Positions 40,201-48,172 of a stretch of 64,000 nt of DNA are shown piece after piece. Position 1 is the first letter of the stretch. Each line of letters opens with the position of its first letter. Both the position numbers and the translations under genes were made by a program. Source of the stretch: an uncultured Dehalococcoidia bacterium (GTDB lineage Bacteria > Chloroflexota > Dehalococcoidia > Lucifugimonadales > UBA2985); contig CAZNIG010000003.1 in assembly GCA_964573055.1 (NCBI GenBank), positions 9,443 through 73,442 on the forward strand, read 5' to 3'. Below the pieces are notes generated by a model. The model was not told the origin of the DNA and ran no database searches. It saw nothing but the letters and a program-made list of their open reading frames with translations.

Positions 40201-40704
40201 TGTTATTGTGCCAAAGCCATCCTGCTTATCAGAAGCATATCCCCTAATTGTCATTCTGGATTCTGATTTATTAGTAGCTGGGTTCATAACAGGAAGTGAA
40301 GTGCCAATTCTAGATATAATCCCATCTACTCGGTCATCTCCTGCAAATATATCTTCAAACTTTTCTATACTACCTTCTGGAAAATACCTTGCAGTAGAAG
40401 ATCGCCTGAGAGGTGACTCTATAGTTTCATCTATGTGCCCAACAGACTCAAGCGCTGTAATACGTATACTATGATATACAGTATCCCCTATACCTAGAGA
40501 TGCGCCGATAATGACAGTACTAAGCATCAAACCTATAATTATCAACAGACTTTGGGCTGGCCTTCTGGGTATATTCCTAATACCCATTTTTGCCAATATA
40601 GGATTACGCAATGCCAAAACAATCAATATCCCGATAGCAATGGCAAAGAAAATGCCATTATATGTAGCCAATGTGTCTGTTGCTATACCAAAGAGTTTCT
40701 GCAA
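37201..40704 (-). CDS. Very large FtsX/MacB-family ABC transporter permease with two FtsX modules
   Basis: 1167 aa.
- An N-terminal TM helix is followed by a ~370-aa soluble domain and a TM bundle.
- A second ~300-aa soluble region and a C-terminal FtsX-type 4-TM module follow (..RQTIGTMRAIGYR..PSKQASRIYPAEALRYE).
- The start is 3 nt after the ATPase gene. Confidence 0.85.
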   Translation of the reverse strand: MQKLFGIATDTLATYNGIFFAIAIGILIVLALRNPILAKMGIRNIPRRPAQSLLIIIGLMLSTVIIGASLGIGDTVYHSIRITALESVGHIDETIESPLRRSSTARYFPEGSIEKFEDIFAGDDRVDGIISRIGTSLPVMNPATNKSESRMTIRGYASDKQDGFGTITSISDDKSIRLSDLNSDQVILNKNASEVLGATVGDLIYIYSAVGVKSYQVIFLAQHGGLASGGDTNLALMTLQQAQELTGKQGLIDWIGISNRGGIEDSLDASEEVSRILRVSLIDKSVASEIAKIIANHEVFNHLDAHVNKLKTDPTFKRENPIEDEILRDIEIILAEISQGNYSSELYLGSIADQSNLSSILGIISEDDSLEEYGSEIGSLLPRLNELNVNEWKAFSLRIADMVGTSITTLFTIFGSFSIIVGLLLIFLVMVLLASSRSTEMGMARAVGLKRRHLIQMFTFEGSMYALFAALIGTGLGALTSTILVGLLQRAVGGDEVWAITMSFTAKSMWIAFSSGFLLTLITIVISSYRVSKLNIVVAIRGLSEEFIQNPRVTWREYFTLVFVGLLGPLYVLTSLRSGISLIKLFELLKSILLWPFSIFRQILRLLTSVLTQGWVLIILGILMHRLGMNLDNGTLFTVGVSMSIIGLGITLRKILARTNMPWRTVNRIAATLEGGLLCLFWGVPFDAFDAYTGKLITTPDIFVLGGVAQIGSAVWLVMNNSEILLGISNRTLGRLSGLQATFKTAIAYPVAAPFRTGLTVSMFGLVIFTLMIFAVLNNINNVAREQPDRVTGGYDIVASVNPEFSITAREFRDGISSVSELSVEEFEVIAQSTDIPSIAREIGGKDQRFSNLTIRSVDDTYLDSTLLQFIRFHPDYIGNDRSVWDALSENTNLAVISNAALPTNDPFGPQSSGLKLSTIETDSEADYWPEDGIQLELLPVQGGRDAINVEVIGILDSLADELDWTSSVYIVTGGSIAKEVMPEITGYDTYSMMLSESSDASALVPYIETAFIERGMEAVSTIDQIERGLEQGDAFNQLFQGFMGLGLVVGVIAIGVLSIRSVVERRQTIGTMRAIGYRARMVWLSFLLESLYITFLGIVLGLGLGALTSWNIFNEIAKEVEGIRYSIPWLNVMIIVGITVFFALLSSFLPSKQASRIYPAEALRYE

Positions 40705-40706
40705 AT

Positions 40707-41387
40707 TTAATTACCCCTAGTATCTATTAAACCATCACGCATATATATAATCCTATCCGCCTTAGCGCCTACAGAATCTGAATGAGTCACCAACACAAAT
40801 GTCTGACCATTTTCCTTATTCAAATGGGTTATTAATTCCATTATCTCACTCTCATTCTGACTATCTAAGTTCCCAGTGGGTTCGTCAGCCCATACTATCG
40901 AAGGATCGTTAACTAAAGCTCTAGCGATAGCGACTCTCTGTTGTTGTCCTCCAGAAAGTTCAGTAGGTTTATGCCCACCCCAATCAGACAGATTAACGGT
41001 TTCTAGACTTTGCATAGCCTTATCCTTAGCATCTCTTTGTGAATACCCTGATATCAGTAATGGAAGTTCTACATTTTCACGAGCCGTGAGAACAGGCAAG
41101 AGATTATAGGTTTGAAAAACAACGCCCATGAACTTCGCCCTGAAATCACTGAGTTCGTCATCAGACAATTGATGAATAGGTCTGTCTCCTATGGTAATCT
41201 CCCCATCATTTATACTATCTATTCCAGACAGACAATTTAATAAGGTGGTTTTCCCACATCCAGAAGGGCCCATGATAGCTATCATCTCTCCTTCTTCTAC
41301 GCGGATATCCACTCCTCTTAGAGCCTGAACTTCTAACTGCCCAGTCTTATAGGTCTTACTTACATTTGTTGCAGAGATTATTGTCAT
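40707..41387 (-). CDS. ABC transporter ATP-binding protein (MacB/LolD type)
   Basis: 226 aa with Walker A GPSGCGKTT, signature LSGGQQQR and Walker B IVWADEPTGNLD. Confidence 0.9.
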   Translation of the reverse strand: MTIISATNVSKTYKTGQLEVQALRGVDIRVEEGEMIAIMGPSGCGKTTLLNCLSGIDSINDGEITIGDRPIHQLSDDELSDFRAKFMGVVFQTYNLLPVLTARENVELPLLISGYSQRDAKDKAMQSLETVNLSDWGGHKPTELSGGQQQRVAIARALVNDPSIVWADEPTGNLDSQNESEIMELITHLNKENGQTFVLVTHSDSVGAKADRIIYMRDGLIDTRGN

Positions 41388-41478
41388 TTGATCCCTCTAT
41401 TCCTAACATGGCATCGACATATTTTACCAATGCGACCAATATAGTAGCGTATATAGCGGGATGAATAAACTAGTGGGA

Positions 41479-42768
41479 CTAAGAAACTGGCTGGGGTTGC
41501 TTGGCAAGGAAGGCTGCGGGTATAGCTATCATTGCAGGTATCGTTAGTATGTAGAATCCCACCACATATGACTCGGTTATATCAAAAATCAAGCCTAACA
41601 TAACTGGCCCGATCATACCTGCTATAACGGTCACAGACTGGGTTAAACCATGAATAGCTCCAAAATTTTGAGTACCGAAGTAGGTACTAATCAACATACT
41701 TCGTACGGGCATCATACCTCCAAAGGCGGTGCCATAAAGCAGGGCAAACGGCACTGTTTGCCAATAAGCATTGATATTGGCAAGGATTACGAGGCCAACC
41801 ACCAGACACGCCAGAAGCAATGCCAGTACCATGCGTCTGTCGAAAAAGTCCATGGCCCATCCGCCACCCAAGCGGCCAAAAACGCTTAGAACAGTGTAGA
41901 CCGCCAGGACTGAAGCAGCTTCGCCAGCAGAGAATCCTATAGTCTGGAAATACGGTAACAGATGCACATTTAGGCCACTGACGCCCATAGTCTGCGCGCC
42001 GAATATCAATGAAAGTATCCAGAACGCAGGCGTTTTCAGTGCACGCCCAACGCTCACATTTTCTTCTGTATTGCCAGAAGATTTAGGCGCACCACCAGGA
42101 GACGGTGATGATGCATTGGACACTTCTTCCGGCAGATCACCGTCTGGAAGCTGTCCATAATGCTGAGGCTTAGACCTAAATACGAGACCTAGCGGTATAC
42201 ATATACACCACGTCAAAACTCCACATACCACAAACGTAGGACGCCAGCCTAGATTTTCAACCAGGAAAACCACGATAAACAGCAACGGGCCGCTAATTAC
42301 AGCTCCGGATGCTCCTATTCCTAAAGCCCTGCCTCTAATTCTTTTGAACCACTGAACAATAGCCCAATTTCTGGGTATACCACTCGCAGCACTGTTACCA
42401 AGTGACACCAACAATACTGAAAGATAGAACATCCATATAGTGGTCATAAAACTAAGTGAAATTAGCCCAAGACCTGATATGAAGCCTCCTATCATAACCA
42501 TCTTTCGCGGGCCATATTTGTCCACAAGGAACCCTTCGATTGGTGACACGATACTGCCCTCGAGTCTTTGCATGGCAAACGCCCCGGATATAGCTGCACG
42601 GCTCCATCCAAAGGTTTGAACGATAGGAGTGAAAAAGACCTGCATTCCATATATCCAGACTATGCTAATCCAGAGATGGATCCCCATGCCAGCCGCAACT
42701 ATATACCATCCGTAGAAAATCCTTGGACGATTCCTTGCTTGTTGGGTGTTAACTGGACCTGCCTGCAC
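41479..42768 (-). CDS. MFS transporter (oxalate/formate-antiporter-like)
   Basis: 429 aa with about 12 helices and a central Pro/Ser-rich loop. Confidence 0.8.
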   Translation of the reverse strand: MQAGPVNTQQARNRPRIFYGWYIVAAGMGIHLWISIVWIYGMQVFFTPIVQTFGWSRAAISGAFAMQRLEGSIVSPIEGFLVDKYGPRKMVMIGGFISGLGLISLSFMTTIWMFYLSVLLVSLGNSAASGIPRNWAIVQWFKRIRGRALGIGASGAVISGPLLFIVVFLVENLGWRPTFVVCGVLTWCICIPLGLVFRSKPQHYGQLPDGDLPEEVSNASSPSPGGAPKSSGNTEENVSVGRALKTPAFWILSLIFGAQTMGVSGLNVHLLPYFQTIGFSAGEAASVLAVYTVLSVFGRLGGGWAMDFFDRRMVLALLLACLVVGLVILANINAYWQTVPFALLYGTAFGGMMPVRSMLISTYFGTQNFGAIHGLTQSVTVIAGMIGPVMLGLIFDITESYVVGFYILTIPAMIAIPAAFLAKQPQPVS

Positions 42769-43022
42769 GTTTTTCTCCTAAAACCATTGACGAAAACTTA
42801 TCCAACACAAGCCAACCGATTATGCTATCCAACCATACACATCGTCTAGCCAGCCAATTTTAGTATACTACACTACAAAGACCTATCATATTCCATCGAA
42901 TTAAGAATCTACAATTTTCCAACCTATATAAAATCTATCTGGGTTCGTGTTACTTGACACATATCAAAATCTTAATACCCTATTCTTAGACCCGCAATCC
43001 GATTACCCCAATCTTAAACGAT

Positions 43023-44117
43023 ATGGAGAAAAAGATGGACGAGGTAGAGATTCTACTAGAAGAACTAACAAATGCTCATGGCCCATCAGGATTCGAAGGT
43101 CCTGTAAGACGAATAATGCAACGCGAATTATCCGTAACAACTGATGCTTTAGAGACAGATGGCATCGGTTCACTAATCGCCAGACTCGGGAGCAATACCG
43201 AAAAACCTAGAATTATGATGGCTGGGCATATGGATGAAGTAGGGCTAATGGTAAAGCTTATAACAGATGACGGGTACATAAAGTTCCAGCCATTGGGTGG
43301 CTGGCTAGATCAGGCATTAATTAATCAAAGATGGATTATCCTATCCAGATTAGGGCCTGTGCAAGGAGTAACAGGAATCAAGACACCCCACGTAATCGCC
43401 GCGGATGCTCGCAACCAGATTTTCAAACGCGATCAAATGTTTATAGATATAGGCGCCCGTAACAAAGAAGATGTCATACAGCGATTCGGCATTCGCCCTG
43501 GAGACCCAATCGCACCCGACAGCAAGTTTACACTTCTTGGAACGGAAGGCTTCTACCTTGCAAAAGCATGGGATGATAGAATAGGACTTGCGGTTATCGT
43601 AGAGGTTATGAAAAGGCTCAGCATCAATCCACCTCCAAACGTAGTTTATGGTGTATCTACAGTACAAGAGGAGGTAGGACTACGAGGTGCTCATACTAGT
43701 AGTCACCTTGTTGAACCTGACATCGGCATTAACATAGAATCTGGGGTAGCCTCAGACTATCCAGGCATTACCAAAGAGGAATCTCAAGAAAGTTTAGGTA
43801 AAGGTCCCGCTATATTCCTCCATGATTCATCTATGATACCCAGCATTAAGCTACGAGATCTGGTAGTTGACTTAGCGGAAACCAACAAAATACCCATTCA
43901 ATTTGATGTACTAAGTGGTTATGGTGAAGACGGAGCCGAAATGCAGAAATCCAGAAGTGGAATACCCGCTATAAACATAGCTGTACCAACCAGATATCTA
44001 CATAGCCATTACGGAATTATATGCCGGCAGGATTTTGACGCCACAGTCAATCTAGTAACCGCTTTGATATACCAATTAAACGCGGAGACAGTCAATGAGT
44101 TGAGTGACTTTAGCTAG
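43023..44117 (+). CDS. M42-family glutamyl aminopeptidase / FrvX-like peptidase
   Basis: 364 aa (LTNAHGPSGFE; MAGHMDEVG; AWDDRIGLAV; VQEEVGLRGA). Confidence 0.85.
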   Translation: MEKKMDEVEILLEELTNAHGPSGFEGPVRRIMQRELSVTTDALETDGIGSLIARLGSNTEKPRIMMAGHMDEVGLMVKLITDDGYIKFQPLGGWLDQALINQRWIILSRLGPVQGVTGIKTPHVIAADARNQIFKRDQMFIDIGARNKEDVIQRFGIRPGDPIAPDSKFTLLGTEGFYLAKAWDDRIGLAVIVEVMKRLSINPPPNVVYGVSTVQEEVGLRGAHTSSHLVEPDIGINIESGVASDYPGITKEESQESLGKGPAIFLHDSSMIPSIKLRDLVVDLAETNKIPIQFDVLSGYGEDGAEMQKSRSGIPAINIAVPTRYLHSHYGIICRQDFDATVNLVTALIYQLNAETVNELSDFS

Positions 44118-44220
44118 ACTAATAAAAAAACAATTACCAAGTACAAAGAGAACTGCATCGACATTCACCCATAAAATGGTAAACAAAGGGGAGTTGGAAG
44201 AAAAGTGATCGTAATATTGT

Positions 44221-44289
44221 CAAAAAGAAAACCCCGAAGCATTCAGGTCTTTGACCGTCCCGGTGGACTTGGCCGAGAACTTCGGGGTT
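44221..44289 (-). terminator. Strong intrinsic terminator (10-bp GC-rich stem, structured 40-nt loop, U-tract)
   Basis: The minus strand reads AACCCCGAAG-40 nt-CTTCGGGGTT followed by TTCTTTTTG. It lies ~270 nt downstream of the DsbA-like stop. Confidence 0.55.
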
Positions 44290-44396
44290 CGGCGCCTGTC
44301 TGTATTCCGTAACCGAAACCAGCAGCGCACGCGTTGTCCAGTACCGTTTACGCTACAGACACCTCACGAGCAGTCCGTTTATCAGATAACAAAATA

Positions 44397-44411
44397 GATC
44401 ACCTCCTTTCT
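44397..44411 (-). promoter_or_regulatory. 15-nt element AGAAAGGAGGTGATC, fully complementary to a typical 16S rRNA 3' end (extended Shine-Dalgarno)
   Basis: Read directly. It is followed at 9 nt by TTG opening only a 14-codon ORF (44392-44348). Confidence 0.35.
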
Positions 44412-44557
44412 CTGTGTAGTCACAAGATACACCAAAAGTCGCTCGCCATACAAGCATTTCAACAACCAATTGCAGTTGCATATACCACGCTAGTTCACAG
44501 TCGAATTTAATCAACCGTTGTATCTGTCTATGAGAAAAGAGGGCGAATCTATCTGAT

Positions 44558-45199
44558 CTAGCTATCCCCGTTGGCAGCTTCGCTCTGAACTCTCTCTGCC
44601 ACGTTCTTGAAAACTTCATAGGGCTGGGCACCAGAGAATAGATACTTACCCATGATGAAAGAAGGTATCCCTCTGATACCAAGTCCCAAGGCTTCCTCAT
44701 ACTGGGTCACAGCCTGAACAGTGTACTTGGACGTATCAAGGCTGTCCTTCATCTTTTGCGCATCTAGACCAACTCTGTCTCCCAACATTTGCAGCACAGA
44801 CAAATCTCCTAAATTTACCCCTTCTTCCCAAAACGCCTCGTAGCATACGTCATGAAATTGCTCAAAAAGTCCTTCATCCTTTGCAAACTCAGATGCTTCG
44901 AATGCCAATCTGGTATTCGGGGTGATCGGGGCACGGCGCATCGTAAGCCCGGCTTCTGTTGCAGCGTCACCTAATCGACCTGTCAGTAGTGTGCCAGGCT
45001 CTGATCCCTCTCTAGGTTTCCTTATGATCCCTTCCTCAGGAGTATCAGGCCTGAGATAGAAGCTCTTATATTCAATCTGTAATGGGAATTCTCGTTCCAG
45101 TTCTTTCAGTCTAGCCAGACCGATATAACACCAGGGTCAAATGTAGTCGTACCACACCGTCACTGGAATAATTTCTGTAGAAGTTCCGTCCACTGCCAT
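44558..45199 (-). CDS. DsbA/FrnE-like thiol:disulfide oxidoreductase, predicted selenoprotein (in-frame UGA at 45139-45137 read as Sec; redox motif U-P-W-C)
   Basis: Track ORFs 45137..45325 and 44558..44941 are in the same frame, separated by a single TGA.
- My read-through translation is MAVDGTSTEIIPVTVWYDYI-U-PWCYIGLARLKELEREFPLQIEYKSFYLRPDTPEEG...MRRAPITPNTR...GIRGIPSFIMGKYLFSGAQPYEVF.. (213 aa).
- This is collinear with the FrnE-type DsbA pattern D.xCPWCYIG...G(V/I)xGVPxF...SGAQ.
- AAGGGGGG SD lies 5 nt before ATG 45199.
- tRNA-Sec is present in the window. Confidence 0.8.
45106..45123 (-). promoter_or_regulatory. Candidate bacterial SECIS hairpin
   Basis: The minus strand reads TCGGTCT-GGCT-AGACTGA: a 7-bp stem (one G-U) with a 4-nt loop starting GG. 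It begins 14 nt after the UGA. Confidence 0.45.
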
Positions 45200-45459
45200 A
45201 ATGCCCCCCTTAATATAGCCTGGTACGCCACAATCTCCTTGAGACATCCCGGGCAAATCGCCTAATATACCCATTGTAGTGGAAGTCCAAAAATTTACCA
45301 ACCTTAGAAAACAGATAACTGACATCCGAATCGAAACGTCTAATTGACGCCTTTCGTCTTTATAAGTAATAAGCCAGCCTCTTTAAAATCACTGTATTAA
45401 TACAACCTGCAGGTATCCTAGCCTCGCTCACTACAATAACTATGTTATAGTCTCGCCAA

Positions 45460-46338
45460 ATGACCGGTGTAGCTCTAACCCTAATCCTGATTTCAGCATT
45501 GATGCATGCGTCATGGAATCTTTTCCTGAAAAGATCTGGACACCCTGAAATCTTCACATGGTGCATGTCTGCAACCACAAGTATCATCATGCTCCCCGTG
45601 GGTGCATTTATCTTAGTGATACAACCAATACAAGGACCAGGACTTTGGTTCTTATTAGGCACAATTGTATTACACGTCGCTTATTTCACCACACTCTCAC
45701 GAGCGTACTCTACAGATGATCTTTCCTTGGTGTACCCAATTTCTCGTGGGCTAGGTTCTGCGATAGTTCCCATAATTGGCATATTGATACTGGGAGAAAC
45801 GGTCGCTATATTCGCGGCGATAGGGATAGGGTTAGTCATTGCTGGAATATCCGCTATCCACATTCCAATTCTTAATAATAAAACAAAGCTATCTTCATTT
45901 GGTAATCTATTACGTAGTCGCGGGAATACATATGCTGTCTTAACAGGCCTAATAATTGCAGCCTACTCGACGTGGGACAAAGTAGGAATAACATATGTAC
46001 ACCCATTGCTGTATATGTATTCGATAAGCATCGGCGTAACTCTAATGCTGGCGCCATATCAGATAAGAACGTACGGGATAAGAACAATAAAGGAAGAATG
46101 GCATCGACACTCGATATCCATCACCTTCGGATCACTACTGGTTTTCGGAGCATATACTCTAGTACTTATCGCCTTAAAAACTTCCCAAGTTAGTTACATA
46201 GCTCCAGCCCGAGAAGTCGCCTTAGTGTTCGGTATATTATTAGGGTCGTTAGTACTCAAAGAAACCATAGACAAGAGGCGGATTATCGGATCCACTATTA
46301 TATTCACTGGATTGTTACTCATCAGCGCCTTCCCTTAG
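45460..46338 (+). CDS. EamA/DMT-family transporter
   Basis: 292 aa with 10 hydrophobic helices in two EamA-like halves. Confidence 0.8.
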   Translation: MTGVALTLILISALMHASWNLFLKRSGHPEIFTWCMSATTSIIMLPVGAFILVIQPIQGPGLWFLLGTIVLHVAYFTTLSRAYSTDDLSLVYPISRGLGSAIVPIIGILILGETVAIFAAIGIGLVIAGISAIHIPILNNKTKLSSFGNLLRSRGNTYAVLTGLIIAAYSTWDKVGITYVHPLLYMYSISIGVTLMLAPYQIRTYGIRTIKEEWHRHSISITFGSLLVFGAYTLVLIALKTSQVSYIAPAREVALVFGILLGSLVLKETIDKRRIIGSTIIFTGLLLISAFP

Positions 46339-46457
46339 CTAAGATCCATAAGTTGGCACTAATTACTCTCGCTAATAAATCAAGACTATCCCCAGCGAAA
46401 ACCAAGATGTATTACCGATTCATCACCAAACCGCTAGTACAAATCTCATTTACACTA

Positions 46458-46841
46458 TCAGGGCAAGAATATATGTGGATCTTGACCATACCTATTCTTA
46501 CCGATATCTCCATCTTTGGCAGCAAGTATCATAATCACAATCAATCCTAAGAGTGGCACGAAAAGCAAAAGCTGCCACCAGCCAGTTCTGTTTATATCGT
46601 GGAGCCTTCTGGCACCCAAGGACAGTGAAGGGATTAGAGTGATAACCCTAAACAATCCACTAATCAAGCCTCCTCCTGCCCGGAAGTTATAAGTGTGCAT
46701 CCGAATATCTACAATACTAAGTATCAATACTCCAACAAGAACGAAGACGAACCATTTCCAGTATTCAGGCTTTGTAGACCTGCCCGAGAAATCCCAGCAC
46801 TTCTGAAATCCCATCCTGATAGCATCTATGTATCCGACCAT
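46458..46841 (-). CDS. DUF805-family inner-membrane protein
   Basis: 127 aa (RSTKPEYWKW; LGARRLHDINRTGWWQL). Confidence 0.75.
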   Translation of the reverse strand: MVGYIDAIRMGFQKCWDFSGRSTKPEYWKWFVFVLVGVLILSIVDIRMHTYNFRAGGGLISGLFRVITLIPSLSLGARRLHDINRTGWWQLLLFVPLLGLIVIMILAAKDGDIGKNRYGQDPHIFLP

Positions 46842-47007
46842 TTAGACTGTCTCCTATAATCAACAGCTACTGCCAGATTTCTGTATGCCCGCTGGCAGAT
46901 TAGTACAAAACCCACCTTTATATTCTATATTGCCGTTATCACTCTAGATTCTGATTGTTCAAGTCTTTATTTAAAAGAATCGCTCTAGGAATATGAAAAT
47001 ATCGGAT

Positions 47008-47397
47008 TCATCCCTTGAATAGCCGGTTCGCAACCAACATAAACACGCAGCGCCAGATAATCAACAAAAGCCACTGAGCCAATATTGAAACGACCGCGAA
47101 GGCCACTATGAACGACCTGTCAGTTAGCAGATCTCTCGCGACAAGAGCACCTGTCCCGCAAATAAGCCATATTATCGAAAGTTTGCATAGATTCTTGATC
47201 AGATGTTTAGAACCAAAGACAGTAGATTCTTTATAAGCTCCCAGCCACGGAGATATTACCATCCAAGAAATCCCAAATGGGAGTGCAGTACGAAGAATTG
47301 CCTGATTCATACCAGCCCCATGTTCCGCCATGCCAAATAACACAAAAGCGAAAAAGACGCTCAAATCGCCAGTAGCGACGACTGCAATTATCCGCAA
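47008..47397 (-). CDS. Small 4-TM membrane protein (DUF3054-like)
   Basis: 129 aa, hydrophobic. The pattern GDL..FF..F...G...H....ALPF..SW....PWLGAYK recalls DUF3054. Assigned from memory only. Confidence 0.55.
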   Translation of the reverse strand: MRIIAVVATGDLSVFFAFVLFGMAEHGAGMNQAILRTALPFGISWMVISPWLGAYKESTVFGSKHLIKNLCKLSIIWLICGTGALVARDLLTDRSFIVAFAVVSILAQWLLLIIWRCVFMLVANRLFKG

Positions 47398-47399
47398 TA

Positions 47400-47792
47400 T
47401 TACGCGCCTTTTCCTACTATAGGATGAGAGCCGTAGCTGTTTATTCCTTCATTACCCGGCCTAGTTGCCCACCAAATTAATATTATCGCCGGTATGATCA
47501 GAAAGGCGCCTAACCACATCAGTTGCCACCATCCTGACCTGTTGATGTCATGTAGCCGTCTTGCTCCCAATGAAAACGAGGGAATTAATACAAACAAGCC
47601 AAACAAACCGCTGAATAAACCATTCTGTGTCTGCGCATCGTAGGTGCCTGTCAACGCATCTATAACACCCAACAACGAGTCAGCAAGTACGACAAACATC
47701 ACCCACCACCAATACTCTGCCCTTGAAGACCTCGTACCGAAGTCAAAGTAGCGTTTCCACCCTAACCTGACAGCACCAGTGAAACTTATCAT
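47400..47792 (-). CDS. DUF805-family inner-membrane protein (paralogue)
   Basis: 130 aa (RSSRAEYWWW; LGARRLHDINRSGWWQL). It ends 2 nt before the next gene. Confidence 0.75.
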   Translation of the reverse strand: MISFTGAVRLGWKRYFDFGTRSSRAEYWWWVMFVVLADSLLGVIDALTGTYDAQTQNGLFSGLFGLFVLIPSFSLGARRLHDINRSGWWQLMWLGAFLIIPAIILIWWATRPGNEGINSYGSHPIVGKGA

Positions 47793-47804
47793 TTGCTCAT
47801 TCTT

Positions 47805-47927
47805 CTAATGATGGTGCCCGATTTTCCTCTTCAATCCGTTCCGTTTATCCTCTTGTTGATTAATACGCTTCACAAATTCCTCTGTAGTTTCTTCTCGCTT
47901 TTCCTTTTTCGGCTTGGATTTAGCCAT
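47805..47927 (-). CDS. Possible 40-aa highly charged small protein
   Basis: My own translation is MAKSKPKKEKREETTEEFVKRINQQEDKRNGLKRKIGHHH. It has a GAGGGGG SD 6 nt upstream and ends 12 nt before the DUF805 gene. It is below the ORF-track length cut-off. Confidence 0.35.
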   Translation of the reverse strand: MAKSKPKKEKREETTEEFVKRINQQEDKRNGLKRKIGHHH

Positions 47928-48052
47928 AATTTCCCCCTCTAGATTTTCCAGGCAAAACTGTACTGTTTTCATCGCTAAACAGTCAAATTTGCCTATCCTG
48001 TGATGCCTTTGATTCCCACTCCAACATAAGCCAAATCAACCTAGCTAAACTA

Positions 48053-48127
<75 letters not shown>

Positions 48128-48172
48128 CGAGCAAAGGTTAATTGTCAGAGATATCTGGTGTCAAGGAATGTA

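Noticed and set aside
44397-44411. GATCACCTCCTTTCT on the plus strand looks like the 3' terminus of a 16S rRNA gene
   Set aside because: The preceding sequence has none of the conserved 16S 3' region (no ..GTCGTAACAAGGTA..GGATCACCTCC context). It is interpreted instead as an extended SD-like element on the minus strand.
44118-44557. Possible tmRNA, RNase P RNA or SRP RNA in the unexplained region
   Set aside because: - It has no tRNA-like GGTTCGA T-loop or CCA end, which rules out tmRNA.
- It has no GAGGAAAGTCCGGGC or ACAGAA.CCGGCTTA cores, which rules out RNase P.
- It has no GGAAGCAGCC-type domain IV, which rules out SRP RNA.
- There are only weak, short resemblances.
44353-44700. 115-aa minus-strand ORF overlapping the 3' end of the DsbA-like gene
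   Set aside because: It is out of frame with, and overlaps, a gene that has clear family signatures. It has no SD and a low-complexity, unfamiliar sequence. It is most likely a chance ORF.
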